DNA of 19,117 nt from Octopus sinensis. Lineage: Eukaryota. Positions 10,194 to 19,117 of the stretch are shown piece after piece. The position numbers were made by a program, and so were the translations under genes. Each line of letters opens with the position of its first letter. Positions within the stretch are counted from its first letter, which is position 1. Under the pieces are notes generated by a model. That model saw only the letters and a list, made by a program, of their open reading frames with translations, was not told where the DNA came from and did not search any database. The stretch covers positions 1 through 19,117 of the forward strand of contig NW_021824254.1 in assembly GCF_006345805.1 (NCBI RefSeq), read 5' to 3'.

Positions 10194-10753
10194 CACCTTT
10201 TTGGTATCGAATCCCGAACCATGATGTCAAATATCCGAACTGAGATGTCAAACGTGTAGTTTCGTCCATATAAATTATATTTTTCTCATTAATAAATTAA
10301 ATTTCAGTTTCATTACGTAGTCTCGCACAAATTTCGCTTAAAGTGATGACAGGATTTTCCTCAGCATAGTTTATCATTCTCGATATTTCAATGTCTGGGA
10401 TTTTTGACCATTTGACCATTTTTTTATTAGGTTGTGAAGCATTTCGTATCCATTTATAAGCTGTATTTCGCTTAACTCCATTCAATTCCGCCACAATATG
10501 CCAATCTGCATCTTCATTTTCATATACAATTCTCATTTTGGCTTCCAAATTTGTTTTATTATATGTTTTACTAACACGAGAAGAAGTATTCATAGTTTTA
10601 ACAAAAGTATTCATTTCGAACGAACAAAAATTCATTTATATTTTTTAGATACGTAATTTTGACATTAACATATTTGACATCTCAGTTCGGATATTAGAAA
10701 CCACAGTAATGACGTTTGACATCTCAGTTCGGATATTTGATACCAAAAAGGTT
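10194..10753 (-). mobile_element. Complete 560-bp IS630/Tc1/mariner-type deletion derivative (MITE-like) with N-terminal DNA-binding ORF
   Basis: TA flanks at 10192-10193 and 10754-10755. TIRs (C/A)ACCTTTTTGGTATC. Subterminal repeats TATCCGAACTGAGATGTCAAA at both ends. ORF 10297-10635 (DWHIVAELNGVKRNTAYKW...YAEENPVITLSEICARL) resembles the two HTH regions of ITm transposases, and no DDE domain is present. Confidence 0.85.
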
Positions 10754-10906
10754 TAGATTTTATTTTCCGATTTTATTTTCCATAAATCAGCTTCAAATTG
10801 TGTTTCGCGACAAAATAAACCGCAAAAACATCTAGCGTTTTATAAAAAAACCCATCTGGAATAAAACTGCAATTAGTAAAAGTAGTAAAATATAATATAT
10901 TAAAAA

Positions 10907-13900
10907 TCAATAAAGATCTTTCATTCCAGTAGAACAAAAAACAGCCCATGCATCGCTCAGTTCAATAAAAATGAGGGCAGCCAGTTCTTCAAACTGGGTA
11001 CCATTAACTTTGTCTGGGTGCACAATCAATGCAGCTCGTCTGTAATACCTTTTTACATCGTCTCCCAATAGAAGCTGTCCCATCGAAACTAGATTCCAAG
11101 GAGCACCTTCCCATAGAACTGTATGCAACGAACTTAATAAAAAACGAATGTTCTTTCCCTTTCCTTTGGACCATTGAGAGACCTAGCGAATATAATATAA
11201 TCTCATACAGTTTTTTCAGCACAACTAGCAGCCTCGTCACTACGTTCTTTGAGTTCACGCATCGTTTTTGGGGCGCCAGTAGACCCGTCAGTACTATAAA
11301 TATTCCCAAGATCTAAAATCCACAAAAAAGTCACCACTTGAAGGGATATCCCGTTCATTACCCTTCGGTATGTTTTCAGTAGGTATATCCTCCCTTTTAT
11401 TACGAATATCAGGACGTTGGGGAGACTTAGGATTAACGTTAGGAAGTTGTTCAGTTTTGGAATGGAAATATGGCATGTTCAAGTCAACAAAATGTGAATT
11501 TTTATCGTCACTTTCATCAAAATCTATTAGGAAGCTGGCATTGTTATTTTTGGACAGCTTAGGAGTTTGATGAGTCGAATCGGCTGAGAAAAAGTCGCTT
11601 AATAGGTCATTATCGGCCACTTTTTCTAGAAAATGATAGGACACAGAATAAACCTGATTGATGAGCAAAAGAAAGATCAAAAAGTACATCAGATGTGGGT
11701 TGGTTTTCGGATTGAATTGGTGTCTTCGTTGATGGTCTTTCAGGTGGAATGCCACTGATGAGATTCGATGCAAATTCGGATGGAATTGGTGTCTTCGTTG
11801 ATGGTCTCTCAGGTGGAATGCCACTGATGAGATTCGATGCAAATTCGGATATTTCTATAGTAATTTGACAGGAAATACTAAATCGTTGGGAAATGGTGAC
11901 AATTTCATTCATGGAAGTGGTAAGGGCAGCAGGGAAAAGAGAAGCTACTGACAAGTCCCCCCATCGTTCGTCGATAAAAGCAAGTCCTACATCGACAGGA
12001 GTCATATTGAAAATAATCTCACAGTCGTAATCACCTTTGTTAACATCGAACTTAGTCCTAAAAATAAGAAACCAAGACTGCCTGTTAAAATGATGGAATG
12101 TTTTGTCCCCATTGAGTTGGCAAGTGCTGAATGAAAGAGACAAAACAAGATTCATCTACGACAATAAAATACTTCCAAGCACATTTCGCTGAGATATTTC
12201 GAACAACTGAAGTGTTATATTTCCTCGGATTGATATACGAGGACAAAAATCCTGAAGAGGAACATATGAATCATTCCCAGGGACGGCTTGTCTGTCATTA
12301 ACAAACAGTCGGCCATAGAACCCTTCTCTACAAATAGGCGATAGTAGCACCTTGCATTCTTAACTATAACCTGGGAAAGATGCCAGTCAGAGTAGACACT
12401 TAGAACTGGAGCATCCCGAATTATCATTTGAGTGTAATTTAATAGTCTGACGTAATTAAACAATGATACGCAGTTTCCAATGCATTCATAGAAACCAATC
12501 CCTTCTTGTGGGATACATATTTGTCCGACACTTCCACACTGTCGAATAGACGACCAAACAGCAATAGACCACACAAGAAAAAATGAGCAGAAGAGTCGTC
12601 AATCTACAATTAACAAAAAATATGACTTTTGCACACACAACACATATGGCAGTTGGGGAAGATGCCATACGTTTGTAGACATACGAAAGAACGTTGAGAG
12701 TGCTGTGAAGTGACTCCCCAGTACGTCGATACCAGACGACCTCGGCCAACTACAAATAATTGAACCCTCCGACATTTGTCAATTTATGTGCTGTTTTGGG
12801 AAAAACCACAAATATGACATCCCCGTTTTTCTTAAGCTGTCTTACAATCTCTTCACTCTGATGCAACGCCTGCTTATTCATTTCACGGGGCGATAGTGCT
12901 ATCTTGGGTTAAAAACGGAATACAAATCAGTCTCGAGGTAATAAATTTCTTTTCTAATGAGTGTTGATCTGCAAAATAATTCTCAACAACGGGTCTCTCT
13001 AATGGAGGAGAGGCACAAGTGAGAAAAGAGGGGGGTCTTGTGAGGTCGATCTTTAATTGGTTAAAGTGGGACCAGATCTGTTGAATAGAAAACCGACGTT
13101 GTGGGTCAGGCACAAGAATGCATTCTAAGTTGAGAAAAACAAGTACCAATAAGTCTTGAAAACGGAGATGCATGAGGAAAATTATACGAGGCCTGAACAA
13201 TGGCAAGTATAGACTGGTCTGCAAAGGGATGTTGACCAAAGCAGAGGCAGTAGAGAATACAACCGACCGCCTGGATACAAAGATATGAATACAAACCCAA
13301 ATGTCCTGTTCGACTCCAAGAGTGTGCCTCATGTAAAGATCTACCATTTCAGGTGCCCGATATGCCTGAGTGGTACAATTTTTGATCTGCGGGTAATGAT
13401 TGGCATGTACCTCTTCCTCAAGACGCGTGATCTGGTCGACTGACCAATCACTGACAACATATATTTCGTTCGTCGCACTCCCAAAATCACACAATTTAAT
13501 TTCCCCATCAGCAGAGATTAGAAAGTTCTCCATCTGCACATGTCATAAAACGATACCTTCAAATCTCTGTGAATGACGGGGGGAGATGCTGAATGGAGTG
13601 CGTCTACTGCACGGAGAACACGAACAAAAATATATCCAATCTCTTCGAGAGTGAGATTTGCATGGGCATTGAGAGCAGCCAAGAGCGTGCCCCCTAAAAT
13701 AAGCGAGCGACGAATTGATACCCGTGCATAATTCAGTGACGATAAATGCATGTGTCAAACCACTATTAACCTTCATCTGAGTAGAACCAATAAAGCGCAC
13801 AATATTACGGGACGATTGGAATTTGCTCTAAAAATATCAAGTAAGTGAAAGATACAGAAAAGTATATTTCCTTCTCTACGGATAATCTGTTAGAGTCGGT

Positions 13901-14102
13901 CGTTATAATTCTCTGGAAATAGGTTGTATTAGAAATACCTTTACTGCATATTTTATATTCGAGCTGCCCTCAACGCCAAGGAAGATGACCCCAAACCCAC
14001 CTGGTTATAACAAATGAGAGTACCCTGAGCAAGTATTTTAGTTAATTTTATATTAAGTCCATCAAAACACAAAACTGATCCAACAGCTCGATCACTTGAC
14101 AT
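10907..14102 (-). CDS. GAK: Cyclin G-associated kinase / auxilin (NAK kinase + PTEN-like + C2 + clathrin-binding + J domain)
   Basis: Hand-spliced model from ATG 14102 to TGA 10907 with up to 19 GT-AG introns of 21-28 nt, e.g. 14001-14023, 13913-13938, 13828-13855, 13694-13721, 13534-13556, 13387-13410 and 11313-11334. It leaves 2730 nt (909 aa + stop). Motifs: LAQGGFG, YAVKR, IHRDLKMEN, CDFGSAT, YRAPEM, FITSRLI, clathrin box LIDFD, and GKNIRFLLSSLHTVLW...VHPDK...IFIELSDAW. Confidence 0.93.
11714..11850 (-). repeat. 69-bp in-frame tandem duplication inside GAK (23 aa x2)
   Basis: SEFASNLISGIPPERPSTKTPI(P/Q) occurs twice, with one nucleotide mismatch between the units. Confidence 0.95.
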
Positions 14103-14189
14103 AATTAATTGAAACCAATTAAGACTACTTAATCTATTAATAAACAATAATTTACATCATTTTTTTAAACTTAAAAATAATCTAAAAAA

Positions 14190-14465
14190 TTCCCTTGTCG
14201 GTGACTGCAGTCGGATATGCCTGTCCTCTGCCCAAAACTCGGAAAGAATTGAAGTAAACCTCTCTCCCGAAAATATTGAAAATAATTCTTTATTCGTTTG
14301 AGACGAGTGGTGTCGTTGGTAAGAAAGAAATATGACTTTTGAAGAAAATGTGTCGAGTGATTAAAAGCTCTGGAGAGTAGGAAAATATTTTGGCTTTTCC
14401 CTAAGATCTCAGTTGCGATTCTGAGAGCAAACCGCTGCACAACCGCAGTAAAATTCTGAATAAAC
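14190..14465 (+). mobile_element. Degenerate 3' end of a second CRE-like element
   Basis: Reads GYACPLPKTRKELK*TSLPKILKIILYSFETSGVVGKK...ISVAILRAN...*, homologous to GYACALAEERKLTKYAVLPNVVEFVPLAFETSGVVGKK in the 5244-6819 element. Contains stops and a frameshift. Confidence 0.75.
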
Positions 14466-14677
14466 ACAAGAAATCCGAAAAATGCAGTACAACAAAATCT
14501 ACATTCCGTTCACTTTTAGGTATGCGGTTGGTCACAATAAGACGGTCTCTGATATCGGCTGTTACCTACTGAAACTCAAGGATAAAACACACGGCACATC
14601 CTTATGTACTTTGCTAAAGCTTGCGGATCTTTACTTTGCTTGAACTAGACAGATTTCAATAAAATAAAGAATGATAA

Positions 14678-14763
14678 TCTGTAAGCACGGGATTGTTTGT
14701 GGTCTAACTCCTTTAAACAGTTTTTTGTACACCTTATTTAGCAGAATCCTCATTGTACGGGTG
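14678..14763 (-). repeat. 86-bp inverted copy of the LINE RT segment at 15625-15710
   Basis: The reverse complement matches 15625-15710 with 6 mismatches in 86 nt. Confidence 0.9.
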
Positions 14764-14806
14764 CGTCGCTGACCTGTTGTAAAATAAGTAATTCAAAATG
14801 GTTAGA

Positions 14807-15490
14807 TTAAGGTAGTTTAGGTCTAAAACTACTAATGATCGAGAAGACTTTGCTCCTCAGGATCGCAATGGAGATTCTTTGAAACAGCCATTACTTCTCC
14901 CGACGAGATCCAGAGATTTGTGCGGTCATTGCTCCGGACGTTTCAGAAGAGATCGGGGAAAAGATCAAGTTTTCCGTCATGTTAGAGTATTTCTAAATTT
15001 TGAGTTCTCCAGGCTTTATAGCGGCTGACTTGTTATAATATGTTTGTAAGATCTCTCAACAAACTTTGAATGAATAAATGATATATTTAATTTGCTGGTC
15101 AGAGAAATGCCATTAATCTTCTTAAAGAAACTGTTATTTTTAGACTACTAACGTGCAACTGCGTTAATAAGATATAACAGAGTAAAACGACACTGGTAGC
15201 AGCGAACTATTGGCCAATAGCCTCATGTGTGCTTTCTCTAAAACAGGGGTTGGCAGAATTTGCCTTCGTGGGCCAAAATTTTATTTTTGTATGCGATCCC
15301 GGCCAAAAAAGAAAAAATCCTTATCGGACGCAGAAATAAGGATATACAAAAATCCTCTTGACTGAAACAGAGGATCTCGTTTCGTTTGCAATCGTGAGCA
15401 GTAACGCACAAACTATCTGTTTTGCCGAGAACTGACTGTTCCAGGGAAACGCTTGCAGATTTATTAGTTAAAAATGATTTCAAGGAATTG
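14807..15490 (-). mobile_element. Highly degenerate 3' part of a third CRE-like element
   Basis: Minus strand reads KSAAIKPGELKI*KYSNMTENLIFSPISSETSGAM...REK*WLFQRISIAILRSKVFSIISSF...*. Upstream, EDFCISLFLR and HEGKFC...RKH are weaker matches to the pre-knuckle and knuckle region. The 5' boundary is approximate. Confidence 0.65.
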
Positions 15491-15539
15491 TACGTGTGAT
15501 ATCATCTTTTTTACAACTCAAATTATAAAAAAATGTTGA

Positions 15540-16080
15540 TTACTTTTAGTAATTTTGTTCGAGAACAATGGAAAAGATTGTCTTTAACAGACTTTCTGAT
15601 TATGTGGAATCATAAATTTGCTTTCACCCGTACAATGAGGATTCTGCTAAAGAAGGTGTACAGGAAACTGTTTAAAGGAGTTAGAGCATCAACAATCCCG
15701 TGCTTACAGAAACAATGACTGGGTAACTGTGGTGTGCCCGGACCTCGCAAAAGCTTTCGATACCTGGACCTACTTGGAAGAGTTATCAGAGTTTGTAGAA
15801 TTTAGAAGGGTCAATTTTTTCAATCTCCTTCTGGCGGACATTCCTCTACAGCTTGTATGTACTGGAAAACTCATCATATATGCTGATGACATCTTTATCA
15901 TGGATACCTCCAAAAAATTTTACAGTTTTGAAGACGACATACATTGCCATGTTAAAGAAGTTGACAGTAAAGAAGGGCTTGATCCTAGCACCTGAGAAGA
16001 CACCATGTCCTGGTTCGGGACGGAGAAGAGTGACTATTTTATCGAACAGTTGGAAAGCACAAGACATTTTGCATTGAAAC
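15540..16080 (+). mobile_element. Degenerate LINE RT fragment
   Basis: With frameshifts it reads SRTMEKIVFNRLSDY, SPVQ*GFC, VVCPDLAKAFDT, FFNLLLADIP, LIIYADDIFI and GLILAPEKT. The QGS motif region is deleted. Confidence 0.8.
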
Positions 16081-16355
16081 TGGCTTACAGAGTACAACTT
16101 GACTAAAGGCTAAAGACTTGCAAGAATCCTCTGTGCCCACGATCTTAATAGTTCTGGAAAAAAGTTGTGCTGAGTAATTATAATTAGGGTTAGCATAGAA
16201 AGACACATTGGTGGCTTGTTTTTTTATTTCTCCGTTAATAGTTTTGACTTGTTCTTTGGGTTTTTGGTTTTTCTTGAACAATAAAAACAATTCAATTCAA
16301 CAGTAAAATTATTTAAATTTATTGTTAAATTAAAATTGGACATTCATCTCAAGTG

Positions 16356-17552
16356 ATGGCTCTTTTAGAACATTATATATCTGAAAACAAATTTGAATTC
16401 ACAGAATTGCTTGACGAGAGTTTGTTCAACTTTTGCAGTCTCCCCAAAATTATAATAATTGGAGACGAAGGGTATTTAAACAACATTATTTAGATGTGGG
16501 AAAACATCATTCCTGAACTACTTATTAGGCTTTAAAGAATCAATTCCCAAAGCAACTCGAACCATAGAAGTTTTTGGTAGGACTTGTTTATAAAATGTGG
16601 ACTTATCTATGGGTTCGTTCTTCAACGTACAAATATTGGATACTCCGGGACTGAACACCAAATGGATTGGGATGGACAAAAATAATAAAAATTGGTGCAA
16701 ACTTTTGGACAATTGTTTAAACGTGCTGTGCGTCGCAGACCTGAGCGTATTTTTACCTCTGACCGAAATAGTCACGGATGCCCGGTGGCTTGTCTTCAAT
16801 AGCACATTTTATAACTTGTGCTTCAATCATTAATCAGAATTTGAATTTCACCATCGTCGTTCACAAACATGACCTAAGTATCAACAATCCGTTTGCGGTT
16901 CATATAAACCAAGTCAAAACACATCTTGAGATTCTCATTCCTACCAATAAATTGCCAAAAGAAATCAAGTTTTGTTGATTTTTTTAGATTTGCAGATATG
17001 TCAGTACAAGTATATTCGACATGTCCATTCTAATTGCTTTTTCGAAAATTATACTTCCTTACGTACCACTTCAAAATACTTTAGAAAAGATCCTCGGGGA
17101 CTTTATTTCCGTAGTTTATTTTGATGACCCCTATAGCACTCTAAACTTGAGAATGGAGTCATTGTCGACACTCTCACGCGAGTTTTAATCGCTGCTCAAC
17201 CAAAAACTCTTAATTTGAATGAATATGATTTCTTTGCCAAAGTGTTGGAACGTTTTAAAAATATCCATTCTGCCATCAATTGGTTATTTGTTTTGTTTCG
17301 AGAATTTAGGGACCCATTAAATAATTCTGGAAATAAAGAGTTTTCTCCTATACATTCCACTATAAATTTTCACGATTACACAGTCTGTTACAGTAAACTG
17401 ACACCGAAATTGTCGTTGGTATTTCGCGGCGATCGACTTTTTGAAGGTAATTAAACCCTAATAGCTGTGTAGGAGTTTATGAGTATAACCTTCATTTATT
17501 CCAGAAACTGGTAGTTGAAATAATCTCTGAATATGAGAAAACTCAATTATAA
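16356..17552 (+). CDS. RRAGC: Divergent RagC/RagD (Gtr2) GTPase
   Basis: Hand-spliced model with 7 introns: 16472-16493, 16570-16593 (GT..AA), 16747-16771, 16969-16995, 17111-17136, 17283-17309 and 17447-17472. It leaves 1020 nt (339 aa + stop). G1 GDEGCGKTS, G3 QILDTPG, Rag-type G4 VHKHD, TSIFDMSILIAFSK (RagC TSIYDHSIFEAFSK), and a roadblock domain ending YEYNLHLF (RagC IDYNFHCF). RagC and RagD cannot be distinguished here. Confidence 0.85.
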
Positions 17553-17940
17553 TTATTTTTTTGATATTTAATGTGATATAATCAGTTATGAATTAGTAAT
17601 TCTAAGACTCGACCTAACTCAAAGATGGTTTCTTTCAACGAATAATTATAAAACTTGGGATTGTGGAGAATAAACGCAGGGGATCGAAGAGGGACAAGAA
17701 GTATGTATATCTTTAGAGATACAAATTTACTCTGAGGACTTTTCCAACTTATCTCACTACCTTGAAATCGTTGATTTTAAACCTGCAGCGTGTACTGGGC
17801 CGGAAATGACATCATTCCGACATGCGTGTCAGCGTAAACGATCGTCATGAGAGAGGGTGCAGTCCCTTCACGTCTTACTAACAAGGCTAGACATTCATTT
17901 GTGCTTGGAATAAAAGACGCAAAATTGGGTAATAAAATAG

Positions 17941-19117
17941 TCAGACCTCAACTGTACACTTGACAAGAAATGAGGCAAATTCGAGATTGTCCCAATAGCA
18001 CAAATGAGAAGTGAAAAACCGAGAAAACCCAAAGCTACCTTCATAGAGTGCAAAATCGAGTCTATGCTCCAGTCCTCTCAATAAGGCACTGAAAGTACCT
18101 TCCGGTAGAGGATTGAACTCCTCTCCATCGACCGAGTCAGAAAACACTTGGGTGAACCCAGCAATGGCCGAGAGCAAAGACCACCGTCGATACCATGGAG
18201 TTGAGTCGTCCTGAATCACCGATTCAAACGAATATCGGGGAAAGCGACGGAATTCCGGTCTACTGGACATAGTCGACAAATTGACGGGTTCCACATTGCG
18301 GAACTCCCGGCAGAACATTGGCTCGAGTCGATAGGCCTGGACTGAAAGGGGAAGAGAACCATAAAGTCGCTGGGGAAAAATATGTTAAAGAGACGGAAAG
18401 AACGGTTGCCACAGTGAGGAAATATGTCCTCCACTGTGGATTTGTCACGAATCGAAAAGCCTCTGAGCATAAGGAACACAGCAAGAGGGGATCCAATCAT
18501 GAAGAGGTTACTGAAGTGGATGTCGAGGGAATGAGACAAAACCAGGCTACGATCTCCACACGTGCTCTGATTAGTAATAAGATCATAGACAATGACAGAT
18601 CCTGGAATGAGAAGAGTGGACAAACCAAGTGAGTGTGCCACAATGGAGACTTGAGAGACTTCCCTGTGGTAGTCCAAAAAAAGAGAGTGCAGTCTTTTGA
18701 GTTCGTCGGCCAGTTTGGAAATAATCTAGGATAGGAAAGAGAGATAACCTTATGTCTGAAATGTGCACTACTGTAGTACAGCACATCAAGAAGGGAGTTG
18801 TTGATGAAGTTCCTAATTCGAATGTTAGCATTAGGCATGATCGCATCAAGTGTCTCTGCAAATGACAGCCCAAACACAACTTTCTCCCAACTCAACCGAC
18901 CGCCAGTTGATAGGAATAAACTCAATGTTGCCCTCCTTGTGTTCGGAGTGCAAATACTCCTTTATGTTCTTCCGCAGTCTCCAATACTACAACCACACAA
19001 CCTGAGACAACACTGTGTCGAATTGGCATGATCCAATGACTGAGCAATCCCCGGGACGATGAAAACAAGGTGAGATACGTTCTTCTGTGTGGCGTCCGTA
19101 CGTGCCAATTTGTAGTA
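17941..19117 (-). CDS. DDHD-family intracellular phospholipase A1 (DDHD1/DDHD2/SEC23IP-like), 3' part; gene continues beyond the window
   Basis: With 23-25 nt introns the minus strand reads HLVFIVPGI, IEFIPINWR, LLDVLYYSS, lipase motif VAHSLGS, LFMIGSPLAVFL, NIFFPSDFMAYRLEP, RLDF and SHLCYW. Stop at 17941-17943. Confidence 0.88.

Larger units (their letters stand above)
6820..10668. repeat. Segmental direct repeat D, copy 2 (~3.85 kb)
   Basis: Colinear with 988-4827. It begins inside the SINE body and ends inside the ITm element. Confidence 0.95.

Noticed and set aside
11745-11850. Tandem hammerhead ribozymes (CTGATGAG followed by a stem, twice)
   Set aside because: The required GAAA after stem II is absent (GGAAT and ATTTC instead), and the repeat is explained by the antisense GAK coding duplication.
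14171-14467. 98-aa minus-strand ORF as an extra GAK 5' exon or separate gene
   Set aside because: It is antisense to the CRE 3' remnant, and GAK already has a suitable ATG at 14102.
17600-17930. Possible small gene or RT remnant between RagC and DDHD (IVYAD on minus; a 16-nt GT-AG segment on plus)
   Set aside because: Only a partial motif, no second Asp, and no coherent reading frame.

Overview
Eukaryotic (animal) genomic DNA with extremely short spliceosomal introns (about 21-31 nt). The left 10.7 kb is a transposon-rich region arranged as D-X-D. D is a ~3.84 kb segment present twice (988-4827 and 6820-10668, >99% identical by eye). It carries most of a tRNA-derived SINE, the right end of a hAT/Buster element, a dead LINE RT, a nuclear hormone receptor gene with an intact C4 DNA-binding domain and a disrupted ligand-binding domain, and an IS630/Tc1/mariner-type deletion derivative. 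X is a ~2 kb filler made of a telomere-variant G-rich minisatellite and a doubly truncated CRE-clade (RLE-type) retrotransposon. The left breakpoint of D falls inside the SINE and the right one inside the MITE. The far left holds an rve/Ginger-like integrase remnant. The right half has three host genes fragmented by micro-introns: GAK/auxilin (minus, 10907-14102, ~909 aa, up to 19 introns), a divergent RagC/D (Gtr2) GTPase (plus, 16356-17552, ~339 aa) and the 3' part of a DDHD-family phospholipase A1 (minus). Two further degenerate CRE remnants and a LINE RT remnant lie between GAK and RagC. Most notable: the D-X-D architecture, a native DxPG-Q to L change in RagC matching the laboratory GTP-locked mutation, a GT-AA micro-intron in RagC, and a single T-to-C difference that turns a micro-intron into a potential in-frame insertion in one receptor copy. 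All gene models were read by hand. Homopolymer indels suggest a noisy long-read consensus, so single-base claims need read support.
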